Shown one piece after another: positions 37,201-49,600 of a stretch of DNA of 64,000 nucleotides. This DNA comes from Macrostomum lignano (Eukaryota): the NCBI GenBank assembly GCA_002269645.1, contig NIVC01003966.1:1-64000 (forward strand), written 5' to 3'. Both the position numbers and the translations under genes were made by a program. The notes beneath the pieces are model-generated. The model made no database searches. It was given only the letters and a program-made list of their open reading frames with translations, and was not told the DNA's origin. Numbering within the stretch: position 1 is the stretch's first letter; each line of letters starts with the position of its first letter.

Positions 37201-40200
37201 AATCCCCATTATAATCCTCATCCAAATCCCCATTGTAATCCTCATCTAATTCCCCATTATAATCCTCATCCAAATCCCCATTGTAATCCTCATCTAATTC
37301 CCCATTATAATCCTCATCCAAATCTTCACCCAAATCCCAATTTTAATCCTCACCCAAATCCCTATTTTAATCCTCATCCAAATCCCCATATAATCCTCAT
37401 CCAAATCCCCATTATAATCCTCATCCAAATCCTTATTATAATCATCATCCAAATCCCCATTATAATCCTCATCCAAATCCCCATTATAATCCTCATCCAA
37501 ATCCCCATTATAATCCTCATCCAAATCCCCATTATAATCCTCAGACAAATCCCCATTATAATCTTCACCCAAATCCCCATTTTAATCCTCACCCAAATCC
37601 CCATTTTAATCCTCATCCAAATTCCCATCATAATCCTCACCCCCAGAGATCCCATCCCCCAGAGATTGCATTCCACACAGAGATCCATCCCCAGAGATCC
37701 CATCCCCAGAGATCCCATCCCCAGAGATCCCATCCCCCAGAGATTGCATTCCAAACAGAGATCCCATCCCCAGAGATCCCATCTCCCAGAGATTGCATTC
37801 CACACAGAGATCCATCTCCAGAGATTCCATCCCCCAGAGATCCCATCTCCCAGAGATTGCATTCCACACAGAGATCCCATCCCCAGAGATCCCATCCCCC
37901 AGAAATTCCATCCCCCCAGAGATCCCATCCCCCTAGAGATCGCATCCCCCTAGAGATCGCATCCCCCATAGATTGAGATCCCATCCCCCAGAGATCCCAT
38001 CTCCAGAGATCCCACCCCCAGAGATCCCATCCCCCATAGATCCCATCCCCCAGAGATCCCATCCCCCAGAGATTCAATCCCCCATAGATCCCACCCCCCA
38101 TAGATCGCATCCCCCATAGATTGAGATCCCATCCCCCATAGATCGCATCCCCCATAGATTGAGATCCCATCCCCCAAAGATCCCATCCCCCAGAGATCCC
38201 ATCCCCCAGAGATTGCATTCCAAACAGAGATCCCATCCCCAGAGATTCCATACCCCAGAGATCCCATCCCCCAGAGATTGCATTCCACACAGAGATCCCA
38301 TCCCCAGAGATTCCATACCCCAGAGATCCCATCCCCCAGAAATTCCATCCCCCAGAGATCCCATCCCCCAGAGGTCCCATCCCCCAGAGATTCAATTCCC
38401 ATGGAGATCCCATCCGCCAGAGATCCCACGATCCCACTGAAATGGAACCCGCAGCCGGCTGCTGGAATCATTCGGGGTGCACCGCGCACACACTGGCCGC
38501 ATGACTCTGCGCCGCATGACTCTGAACCTGCTCATCGGAGTGCCCAACGAGCATCGCGACCTGCTGGCGCGCCGCGGGCCGCGCGGACTGGACTATAACG
38601 AGCTGCACAGCCTGCTGGTGTTGCTGTTTCCCGACGAGGAGGGCGTGCTTAACTTGGATCGGCACACACAGCACCTGCGGCAGCCCAGCATGGGACAGGT
38701 AGTTCACACTGTATATAGTTTGCTGTCTGCCACTCTTGTGGCACCTGACTTTCACTCGTCTGTCACTCTTCCTAACATCTGATTTTGATTCGCCTGTCAC
38801 TCTATCTGACATCTGACTTTCACTCGCCTGTCACTCTTTCTGACATCTGAATTTCACTCGCCTGTCACTCCTGTGGCAACTAACTTTCACTCGCCTGTCA
38901 CTCTATCTGACATCTGACTTTCACTCGCCTGTCACTCTATCTGACATCTGACTTTCACTCGCCTGGCAATCTTTCTGACATCTGACTTTCACTCGCCTGG
39001 CACTCTTCTGACATCTGACTTTCACTCGCCTGTCGGTCCTCATGATATCCAGGCGCAGCTGCTGGCCATAGACTATACGTACACCGCCCAGCTGCGCCAG
39101 TTCTGCTCCGTCACCGCCCAGACGTCGGCAGCCTCGGCGGCGGCTCTGCCAGGATACTCGACCGTCCTGCAGCGCATCGCCGAAGCCTGCGACGCGGCCA
39201 AGTCGGAGGCCAGGCGACGAACTCGGCCAGTTGGAGAGGCCGACAATTCCGCTGACTCTGCCGCCGCCTCGGCTACGTCGGCGGCTAAGCAGCAGCCGGT
39301 GCACCCTGTCGGCGCTGTGTTCCGGCATCGCAGATTCGGCTACACTGGCGTAGTCAGGGGCTGGGACCCCACCTGTCTGGCCACCGAGGAGTGGATCCGC
39401 ACCATGGGGGTGGACCGGCTGCCCAGGGGCCGCGACCAGCCCTTCTATCGGGTGCTGGTTGAGGACGGCAGCGAGCGGTGAGGGACTGAGCTTGAGAGGG
39501 AAAGATTAGAGGGGAGATAAGATGAAATTAGACGAGAGATTACATTAGGTGAGATAAAAGATGAGATTATATGAGATGAGAGATAAGATAATATTAGATG
39601 AGAGATAAGATCACATTAGATAAGAGATTACATTAGATGAGATAAGAGATAAGATTATATGAGATGAGAGATGAGGTGAGGTTAGATGAGAGAAGATTAG
39701 ATGAGATGAGAGATAAGATAATATTAGATAAGAGATAAGATCACATTAGATAAGAGATTACATTAGATGAGATAAGAGATTAGATTAGATGAGATGAGAT
39801 GAGAGATTAGATTAGATGAGATTAGATGAGATGAGAGATACGTTTATATAATCGATTAGATGAGAGATGAGATTAGGTAAGAGATAGGATTACAGGAGAG
39901 ATGATAAGATGAGCGATTAGAATAGATAAGAGAGTAAATTAGTTAAAAGATGAGATTGGATAAGAAGACAGAGATTCCAGGTCAGATAAAATCTAAAATT
40001 GAGACTACAGTGTATTCGGAGTACAAAGATAAGGTGGAAGTCAGTGCTTAATTAGGGGCCAGATAACAATATAAAAATGAGAATATATAGGAAATAGCCA
40101 ATATGAGTAATGAAAATTGGTAAGTATAGAAATTAGTAAAAATATAAGATTTAATTAAACAAAGAACAGATAGGACACTTTTTTAAGACATTGAATTAGA

Positions 40201-40722
40201 TGTTAGACAACAACGCAAAGGATACCAGAACCAAAAAAAGTCGGATTGCGTGTTCCCACCTCACATTCCCCACCTCACATTCCCCACCTCACATTCCCCA
40301 CCTCACATTCCCCACCTCAAATTCCCCACCTCACGTTCCCCACCTCACATTCCCCGCCTCACATTCCCCACCTCACATTCCCCACCTCAAATTCCCCACC
40401 CCACGTTCCCCACCTCACATTCCCCACCTCACGTTCCCCACCTCACATTCCCCACCTCACATTCCCCACCTCACATTCCCCACCCTGCAGCTACGTGGCC
40501 GAAGAGAACATCGACCTGATGCAGGACTCGCCAATCCACCGGTTCAGCGCCGTCACTCATCCCGAAGTTGGGAAATTTTTTATTCGCCGTCACCAGCTCG
40601 ACTGTGTCTATCTGCTGCACTCTGCCCTGGCTGATCGGTATCCGCAGGACTCTGAACTGCTGCAGTGTATTGTTAATGAGCGGTTGGCTCAGGCTGATGC
40701 TGATGTTGCCATGCAAGAGTGA
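34215..40722 (+). CDS. FBXO21: F-box only protein 21 (F-box, transglutaminase-like core, YccV-like hemimethylated-DNA-binding domain), 680 aa
   Basis: Exons 34215-34868, 35931-36055, 36595-36957, 38455-38698, 39053-39477, 40491-40722 (2043 nt, phases consistent). F-box LLDLPSLALGQV; NSFIDRVL.TGTGLPI..VNVPDHF; VGAVFRHRRFGYTGVVRGWDP..QPFYRVLVEDGSERYVAEENI..HPEVGKFF. Confidence 0.93.
34945..35805. repeat. 34-bp minisatellite with a palindromic core in FBXO21 intron 1
   Basis: Tandem TATGACCTAGGTCATCCTGAATTATTGGTCTCTC. ATGACCTAGGTCAT is a perfect 14-bp palindrome. Confidence 0.93.
36070..36390. mobile_element. hAT-like MITE with GA-rich core in FBXO21 intron 2
   Basis: Ends CTGGGGTCGGC... and ...GTTTGCCCAGCCCTG with GGGCC(A/G)GATA subterminal motifs. 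Same family as 27766. TSD not recognisable. Confidence 0.6.
36970..38430. repeat. Two abutting minisatellites (24-bp, then 15-16-bp) filling FBXO21 intron 3
   Basis: ATAATCCTCATCCAAATCCCCATT (36970-37635), then CCCCAGAGATCCCAT variants (37640-38430). Confidence 0.93.
38740..39032. repeat. 34-bp minisatellite in FBXO21 intron 4
   Basis: Tandem CTGACATCTGACTTTCACTCGCCTGTCACTCTAT. Confidence 0.9.
39490..39965. repeat. (GAGAT/TAGAT)-type simple repeat in FBXO21 intron 5
   Basis: Degenerate pentamer repeat. Confidence 0.85.
40255..40483. repeat. 15-bp minisatellite abutting the last FBXO21 acceptor
   Basis: Tandem CCCACCTCACATTCC. Confidence 0.93.
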
Positions 40723-41255
40723 CGAGATGTAGATCTGGAGTGACGAGATGTGTAGATCTGGAGTGACGAGATGTGTAGAACTGGAGTGACGAGATGTGTA
40801 GATCTGAAGTGACGAGATGTGTAGATCTGGAGTGACGAGATGTGTAGAACTGGAGTGACGAGATGTGTAGATCTGAAGTGACGAGATGTGTAGATCTGAA
40901 GTGACGAGATATGTAGAACTGAAGTGACGAGATGTGTAGATCTGAAGTGACGAGATGTGTAGAACTGAAGTGACGAGATGTGTAGATCTGAAGTGACGAG
41001 ATGTGTAGATCTGAAGTGATGAGATGTGTAGAACTGGAGTGACGAGATGTGTAGATCTGAAGTGACGAGATGTGTAGATCTGAAGTGACGAGATATGTAG
41101 AACTGAAGTGACGAGATGTGTAGATCTGAAGTGACGAGATGTGTAGAACTGAAGTGACGAGATGTGTAGATCTGAAGTGACGAGATGTGTAGAACTGGAG
41201 TGACGAGATGTAGATCTGGAGTGACGAGATACACTAGTAGATCTAGAGTGACCAG
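40719..41255. repeat. 23-bp minisatellite starting at the FBXO21 stop codon
   Basis: Tandem GTGACGAGATGTGTAGATCTGAA. The first unit supplies the TGA stop. Confidence 0.93.
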
Positions 41256-42163
41256 AATCCAGATATGGAGCTGGAGTGAATAGATTGACTAGAGTGACTA
41301 AATGGAGCTGGAGTGACCAGATGTGGAGCCGGCAACTTGAACTCATACAACACTCATATAGAGCTGTAACTCACTGTGAATTAGTTTTCTCAGCTAAAGT
41401 TTTTCCATCAAATAGTTTTTGCCACTAAACCCATCAATTATGAGTTGGTGTGTTTTATCGGGCTCAAGTCATTGCAATATTCATATCCGTGTAATCTAAA
41501 CTTCGCTAAACTTAGCTGCAAATATTCATTCAATGCCCATATCTGTGAATGTATGATTAAACTAGAATATATTGTCATTAAAGATTTTAACCTTTTCATT
41601 CAAGTGCAAATTTAAGCCTTTTGTCACTTAGAGAAATTGTTTTTTTTCTTATTCAAGTAGGACAGATTCCCAGATTCCATAAAGTTCCAATTTGAATTTG
41701 TGTACCTACATGTATTTAATAAGCATAAAATCAGTGAGTAAGTATTCATCTTAAGCAGATGATGTGTAAGTTTTTAATAGCTGAAATTCTACAAATACCA
41801 CTAAAATTAGTAAGGCTTGCGTTTTCCCAAAGAATTGATTCGGGAACTCTAAGGATGCATGATCAAAAAGCAGCAAAGTTCTGGTCTCACCGAGTTATTT
41901 GCATTTATTCTCTGGAAAAATCTGGTCAATTTTGTATCTGAGGGCAACTGGGTCTGAGTGTATTATGGGTCGTTGAAATGCTGGTTTATGTACATTCATA
42001 TCGGTACTTATACCCATTGTGAAAGAGTGGTTGAGGGTTTGTGCCACACAAATTTATAATCAAGTTTGAATTTGTTTACAAAGCGTCATTTACCCCCTCG
42101 TAAAACAAATTCTTAGCGCATTAATTAAAATTACGATCATTAATTAACTGGTGCTGTCGATAA

Positions 42164-44108
42164 TTAATCATTTCGGACCACCAGGTACTTCAGGTCAAAG
42201 CCGAGATCTTCAGTCGAGGTCTCCTTGTCCCAGCCTCGAACTGGGATCTTAATCCTGGCGACTGGCCTCACTGGAAGTTTGTAGGCTCGGGGATATTGGC
42301 ACCAACGAATCAACAGGAACTTCAGTCACCAACACATCAACAAGAACTTCTTCAGTCACCAACACATCAACAAGAACTTCTCCAGTCAGCAACACATCAA
42401 CAAGAACTTCTTCAGTCAGCAACACATCAAGAAGAACTTCTTCAGTCAGCAACACATCAACAAGAACTTCTTCAGTCACCAACACATCAACAAGAACTTC
42501 TTCAGTCACCAATACATCAACAAGAACTTCTTCAGTCAGCAACACATCAACAAGAACTTCTTCAGTCACCAACACATCAACAAGAACTTCTTCAGTCACC
42601 AATACATCAACAAGAACTTCTTCAGTCAGCAACACATCAACAAGAACTTCTTCAGTCACCAACACATCAACAAGAACTTCTTCAGTCACCAACACATAAA
42701 AAAAACTTCTTCAGTCACCAAAACATCAACAAGAACTTCTTCAGTCACCAACACATCAACAAGAATTTCTTCAGTCACCATCTCATATGCAAGGAAACTG
42801 AAGTAGAAAGACGCAACACTCGAAACCTATGGTAAATGTTTTGAAGGCAACTTTTCGCCGAAAAATACACTACTGAGATAGAAAGTTTTAATTTTTTCAG
42901 CACAAAAATTGCTATTGCTCTTGATAAGAGGCAGATCCAGTGTTCATCTTTTGATATGTTGTGCCTTTCTTATTGCTCTATCGATATTCATAAATCTTTT
43001 CGTTCGGAAATAGTTTTAAAGGCAGGTTTCACCGGAAAAATACACTACGGAGATAGGAAATTTCACGATTTTCAACACTAAAACAGTGATTGGGTCTCTT
43101 AACAGTGTCAGAGAAAGTCCTAATCACACTATTTTGTGCCTCACATGCTGCTCTAACGACGCATTAATCGATTTTTCATGTTAAATTGTGTCTGTCACTT
43201 GAAAAAAACTTTTAAAATAATGACAAGAACAACACTGGATCTGCCTCCTATCAAAAGCAATAACAATTTTTGTGCTGAAAAAATGAAAACCTCCTATCTC
43301 TGTAGTGTATTTTTCGGCGAAAAGTTCCCTTCAAAACATTTACCATAGATTTCGAGTGTAGCTTCCTATATATATGTTACTTGAGTAGTCCTTGCTCATA
43401 TGCTACTCTTTCACCAACCATAAGGCTGTATCATGAGCGCCTCTTCGATGAGTTTGGCCCTGACCAGCTCGGTGTACAACACCTTGATGCTGCCCCGGCG
43501 GCAGCTCCAGTCCTGCAGGAGGCTTCGCGAGAACGACAGGCCGTGACGTTCGAACTGGCGAAACTGCGACCTCTCGTAGCCGAGAGCTCGGGCTGGTTGG
43601 GGGTGTTGGAGTTTTTGTTTGGCATTTTCATGGTGTCGGTAAATTGCCTATTTTCACGGGTAGATATTTACATAGGGTAGAGTGCAGCGGAGAGCTTAGA
43701 GGACGGATTCTTTAATGGGGGAGATGGATAAGTACATGTAGATGGGGGTAGATGGATAAGTAGATGGGTAGATAGATAAGTAGATGGAGTAGATGAATGA
43801 GTAGATGGGTACATGGATGAGTAGATGAGGTATATGATTAGTAATACAATAGTTAGAGTAGATGGATGTGTAGATAGAAAGAGGAAGTAGATAAAATAGA
43901 TGGATTTTATGTACATAGGTGTAAATAGATGCATAAAAAGGTACACTTTAGTCCAGCAAGAACTTATCTACTCACAAAGTTTGTCCTTTTTATCCTCGAA
44001 ATCCAAGGATTTGCACAGTTTGTTCATCAGATTCAGCGGTATCTCGTGAATCTGCTCCGGGTAGGGGTTGCCATACAGGCTCATGTTCCGATAGGTTTCT
44101 GTCGACAT
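42164..44108 (-). CDS. Small death-domain-only protein (IRAK/Pelle/Tube-type DD), ~137 aa
   Basis: Exons (minus) 44108-43976, 43592-43419, 42270-42164 (414 nt, two phase-1 GT-AG introns). Protein MSTETYRNMSLYGNPYPEQIHEIPLNLMNKLCKSLDFEDKKDKLSRALGYERSQFRQFERHGLSFSRSLLQDWSCRRGSIKVLYTELVRAKLIEEALMIQPYVRPVARIKIPVRGWDKETSTEDLGFDLKYLVVRND. Death-domain helix pattern (L..LD, LGY, LL..W, L...L). The last exon is the least certain. Confidence 0.7.
42320..42782. repeat. 30-bp minisatellite in intron 2 of the death-domain gene
   Basis: Tandem CACCAACACATCAACAAGAACTTCTTCAGT. Confidence 0.93.
42817..43358. mobile_element. MITE with ~130-bp imperfect TIRs
   Basis: CACTCGAAACCTATGGTAAATGTTTTGAAGG...GCAGATCCAGTGTT and its inverse at about 43230-43358. 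A partial internal copy lies at about 43032-43088. Right flank is TA, left flank AA. Confidence 0.75.
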
Positions 44109-45270
44109 AACCGTCTTGGCTGTCTTGCCAATTAACCAGCAGTAGAAAAAGTGAGCTAGATTATTTTGGTTGGTATTCTCTTGTACTCTGGAAGCCTTCA
44201 AGCTTTCTGCCGCTTAAAACCCGCGTGCACGCGTTAAATACGGTAGAACTCGTAAAATACCGCAAGGCATTAATTGAACTCGGGGTGTGTCAGCCTCTCT
44301 GCCCTGTTTGTAGCTTCCTACCACAGCAACAGAGAGCTGTTTTAATGCTGGGTTTTTATTCTTCCATTTTTGCTGGTTTTAGTTTGACGTGTCGAGAGCG
44401 CGGCTTATGCCAAGGGGTTGGTCAGTGCGACACGCCAAATTGTTTGCGCTCGCTTACCCTTCTCTTGCCTGCGTCTGTTTGTGTGCCTCTGCACTACTGC
44501 ATTGGTTTAATTGGATTTAACCCCAAGCTGAAATGTTCTCAACAGTTTTCGTCTCCAACAATTCGTTGATTCCTTCACCTTGCACTGCACTACAGAGCCT
44601 TACAAATTAATAAAGCAGCTCTCGTACTTCAAATATTGACGTCATAAGCGTCAACAATGTAGTATTATTAGGGCATAGTTTAAGGGGTTAGCTACTGTAG
44701 ATTAGCTTTTACGCTACTGTTAGTAGCTTTTTGTTTCAGAAGTGTCAGTAGATCAGGTAGTTTAGTTAAGACGTTGTGGGATTTCCTATAACTAAAGAGC
44801 AGTTGAAGCATCTGTCGGGGTCGTTTAAGAAAATTGAACGGAGTTGGCATAATAGAATGCTAGCTAGGTTGCACAAGAGGAATCTTGCCTCAAATAAACG
44901 GGAGTAGCAGCCCAAGGCACAGGATCTAGGAAATCAGGTGTAAAGAAATCAATTGATTAATACAGTTATTGTGATACTCGTAAACTCAGAACAACTCTAT
45001 TTGACATCCAGCCTTCATTCTTTAGTGTATAATCTTGCGTAATAGAATTAATGACCAGCCAAGGGGCTTTGGTAGCAGTAAACTACCAATCTCAAACCAA
45101 CTTTCTTCTAAGAGTGTTAATGCGGTGCGGTCACCCACGGTAATAATAAAAACGGCCTAGAAAATGATGTGTATGAATATAGTTATTGCACAAATTGTGT
45201 ACGCTTCTTCAAAGCTTATATTTCAGCATCCGTTGGAAGAAGTATACTCGTATAAATAGTACGTTAGTAT

Positions 45271-46540
45271 GAACCTAAATTTTCTAGCTAATTGTCTTTT
45301 ATAAAAATAATTGCCCTTTAAAGCAGCCTTCTCAGCATTAAAGTCTCCACCTGTAAGAACTCACTTCTCCCATCGCTTAGTAGAGCGTCTAGTCAATGGC
45401 TTCAGAACAGCATTGCCTTGAAAAGACCATGGGAGTGACTGCGCAGGAAATTGTCTTCCAAATGACCTGTGCTGGCACAAATTCCCCCTCTCAAATGTTT
45501 TTCAACTGTGGTAAAGTAAAGACATCATTTTGCACGAAATCACAAGAATAATATGCGAGATTGAATTTATTAGAAAGCAAAAATACGCCACTTCAAAATG
45601 ACATGAAATTTGCGATAGCAGCTACGAGCTGCTTTCGTTTTTGCTCCGAGTTAAAAGTGTCAGAACTTTTTGGATTACAGGTACATTCACCCAATGCTTA
45701 GGTCCTCTATTTTGCGGAATTTTCTATTGACATTTAATCTCCTACGACGTATATGACCTGCAGGTTGTCTTCTACTGCTGTCAACCATGCCTTGTTCACA
45801 AATACAACACTTGAAAACGACAAGAAGCTAGGGCGTCGAGATAACGGTAGTTGTAGTTGTTTTAAACGATAGAAGCACAGGCATAAGGATCAAGTCTCGT
45901 TACACTTTGAACCGTCAAACTCTGATATACTCGTATAATTATGTTGCATGACAATCTTGACAACCGCCTGTCACAACGCTGCTCCCAGGCGATCATTGCT
46001 TCTAAGTTTTCAATAGGTCGAATTCGCTAGTGAGCAAATGTCCACATCAAAACGGGACAAACAGACATTTTTAGACAAAACGTAAGGACAACTACGAGTA
46101 CATGGACAATTTTTGTGGACTAATTTTGTCTATGTGTAAATCCAAATTACCGGCTATGCGTTCTCTAGAAAAATTGAAATGTCGAGATTTGCAAAACGTT
46201 TCGAGCTGGTTTACTTCACAGTCGTGTAGTTAAGGCTGCAGGCATCCATACGGTATACCGACTTGGTTTTGCACCCCGGACTCTGAAGCCCAACGGATTG
46301 CAACATTGCCATTGTCGTGGCGATGTTGCTGACAATCTTTCTGACTGAAGTTTCAAATTATAATCTGTTCTACAGATAGCAAATGTGTTGTACAGAAAAG
46401 CAAAAAACAACAATAATTAAGTAACCCTATACTAAGCTCTTCGTGAAGTTCACCGTCTGTATGAAGCTATTTTTAGCAACACAAGCTCAATTCGGTAAAC
46501 CGAAGTTCTTCGATATATTGACATTGACGAACTTCGTGTA
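45271..46540. repeat. 1,270-bp direct repeat, copy 1 (flanks the LINE 3' end)
   Basis: Matches 51403-52672 by eye except T45390 vs C51522. Confidence 0.95.
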
Positions 46541-46629
46541 CTTACTTACTTACTACTGACGGGGGGCGCAGGCGCCGCGAATAGGCCGCGAGGCCCCTAT
46601 CGCAACCCCAAGGTAAAAGAGCACAAGGA

Positions 46630-49600
46630 TTAGCCTTGGGGGTGCGCCCAGTCCCCGCCAGTAGTCGGCAGGTCCGCAGTGGAGGCATCGGCGACCCTCA
46701 TCCGGCCGGAGTCCCGGACGAAGGCGCGGAGGTCTCGGATATTGTCCGCGGTGGTCAGCTCGTCCATCCGCTGGGGGTGGCCGAGGTATTTGTGCCGCGC
46801 CTTGTTGAAGTAAGGGCAGAAGGTGACGTGATGCTCCGCGGTCTCCTCTCCTATGCCACAGAAGGGGCAGGTGGGAGGGCAACCGGTTTGCAACGATATA
46901 TGTCTCTGGAAGAATCCGTGGCCGGTTAGGACCATGCACATCTCCCTGAGGTCGGTTCTGTTAAGCGAAATCAGATAATCAGAGACTTTCCTGTTCAGGT
47001 TAGGCATGGCAGAGCGGCTCTGCCTGTACTCGGTGCAGCTGTTCCAGTGGAGCTGGTGCTGCTGATGGAGCCACCTGTTGATATGGCGGGTGACTTGCGA
47101 CCTGGGGGTGGGTAGCCTCATCAGACGGTGGTTGCCGTCTGGGTTGCTGCCCTCCTTGGCGAGAGAGTCTGCGAGCTCGTTGCCCAGGATGTTGCTGTGA
47201 CCAGGTGTCCAGATAATTCTAATCCTGTTAAGGACTGAGAGAGATTGCACACTGCGGTGGCATTGAGATACTGTAGCAGCGGAGATATTCTCAGTGGTTA
47301 AGGCCTTAATAGCAGCTTGGCTATCAGTGTAGAAATTAATGTCAAAATTATTAATGTTCGCCTGAAACAGTTGCTGGGCACACTGCTCGATGGCGCAAAT
47401 TTCAGCTTGGAAAACTGAGGTGTTCTCACCGAGGTGCAGACTTTCCTGGAGAAGCATCTTACCCTCGTGGAAAATGGCAATACCCGCTCCAGCGCGGCCG
47501 TTGAACAGCGAGCCGTCGGTGAAGCAGTGAATGCCCTGGCTGCGCCGGTTCACACCGACATCCAGCGGAATGTTGTCTCGGCCAGGGATGGCGGTCTTGA
47601 AGCCCCTCCTGATGTTGAGGGCGGGAGGTCGACTATCCACATTGCCCAGGTCCATGTGGATGTTGTTAAGGTCGCGGCGGACAAAGTCCATATGCGGGAT
47701 TAATGTTTTCATTGGCATAAAGCCAGAGGGCGCGTTATTTAACGTTTTATCTCTGATAAGCCGGGAGGCAGACTTCATAGCCTCCGCCCTAATAAATAGG
47801 TGAAGCGGAGGTAGGTTAAGGATAGTGTTCAGCCCCTCGTAAGGGGTGGACGGGTACGCACCTGTGATGGCACGGCAAATGCTGCCCTGAAGCTGGTACA
47901 GCCGCTGACGGGCGGCCTTCTGCTCCAGCACGCTAGTCCAGATGAGACTCGCGTATGTGATACTGGGCCGGATGATGCCGGTATAAATCCAACGGACCGT
48001 TCTAGGCGAGAGGCCCCAAGTCGGCCCGATGGCTCTGCGCAGCTGGGCAAAGCAGCGTTTTGCCCGACCGATGACGTTATCAAGGTGCTTCGTCCAGCGC
48101 AGGTCATGCGTTAGCGTCACACCGAGGTATTTGACCTCCTTCTTGAAGGGGATGTTTCTGCCATAGACAGTGAGGTTTTTCATCTCCCACTTACGGCGCT
48201 TGGTGAAAACGACAGCGACAGTCTTAGTGACGCTGATTTTTAGGCCATGCTGTGTAGCCCAGTCGGCCGCCTTGTCGGCGAATTGCTGCATCAGGTTGCG
48301 CAGAGTGGCGGGGTCGGGTCCGCTGACGACCGCGGCAACGTCATCGGCGTAGCCCGCCCTGGTGATACTGCTGGGAATGTCAGCGGTTAGAAGTTCGTCC
48401 ATGACGAGATTCCAGAGAAGTGGAGTTAGCACGCCACCTTGCGGGCCGCCTTTCATCACCGCCCGGGTGAGGGTAACGCCCATAAGTGTGGATGTCACAA
48501 ACCTTTTGCGGATCATAAAATAAATCCAGCGAACAATGCTGTGTCTTACATTCCTGCGGGAAAGAGAATTTCTGAAGGAGCGGAAGAGGACATTGTCAAA
48601 TGCTCCTTCGAAGTCAACGAACAACCCGCAAGCGAGTTGTTTGCTAAGGATGGCACTCTCAATTTTGGAGGTAATGGCGTGGAGAGCATGCTCAGTCGTC
48701 CTCCCAGACTGGAAGGCGTACTGGTACTTACTGACAGGGTCGGAGCGCAGGTCGCACTCTCGAAGCCTCCACAGGATGAGCCTCTCCATCAGCTTAACAC
48801 AAAAGGAAGTGAGGCTGATGGGCCGGAAGGATTTCACGTTGGTGTAGTCACCCTTAGCAGGTTTCGGGATGAACACGACTCTGGACATTCTCCAGATTGT
48901 GGGAATGTAACCTGTGGTATAACAGTCAACAAGCAATTTAGAGAAAGAATCAGCAAAGTTTTGCAGCTTTAGCGCCTCCTGCAGGATACAGGGGGCGATA
49001 TTGTCAGGGCCAGACGATTTATACGGTTTAAAAGAATTTGCTGCCAGCTGGAGTAGCTGGGGGGTGGCGCACTGCTGGAAAAGCTTGTGATCACAAGGCC
49101 TGTGGTCATCGACCACGTACTCCGGTTCGTCAACCTGCGGAAAGCAGGTGGAGAAAAGAAGATTTAGCGAACCTTCGCACTGGTAGTGTAGTTACCATCC
49201 AGGTGCAGAAGGGAGTTACACTGAGCTAGCGTGTCGTGCCTGAGAGTCCTGACCAGCCGGGCTGTGGGGTGTTGCCCTTCCAGGCCGGCGCAGTAGGCTT
49301 TCCAGGTGGTCTTCTTAGCCCTTCGGATAGTACTTTTGTACATCCTCAGAGCAGAGTGGTAGTTCTCCCAGTCCTCTGGAGTATTCGAGCCGTTTGCGAG
49401 GCGTTGCAGTCGGCGGGTGTTTTTCTTCATGCGAGTGAGCTCTTGACTCCACCAAGGAGAGTATTTCTTCCTGCAAAACAGCTTAGGGGCGTTAGCGCGT
49501 ATGGCGGTGTTTAGGATCTCAACGATGGAGTTGCACCGATGCTCAATGCCAGGGAGATCCTCGCTGGAGTCCGGTAAGTTGGCTTCGGTCAGGAGTTTTA

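Noticed and set aside
36596-38489. Acidic (DEDYNGDL)n and Gly/Trp-rich minus-strand ORFs
   Set aside because: Antisense translations of the FBXO21 intron 3 arrays
29818-40722. Operon or polycistronic arrangement of the DUF1647-like gene and FBXO21
   Set aside because: Same strand, but the 2-kb spacer contains a TE relic and repeats, and the DNA alone gives no evidence of trans-splicing
42249-42835. (VLVTEEVLVD)n, (QQELLQSPTH)n and a mucin-like (TNTSTRTSSV)n frame
   Set aside because: All derive from one 30-bp array in an intron of the death-domain gene. The mucin-like frame has no ATG or evident splice entry and stops at about 42668.
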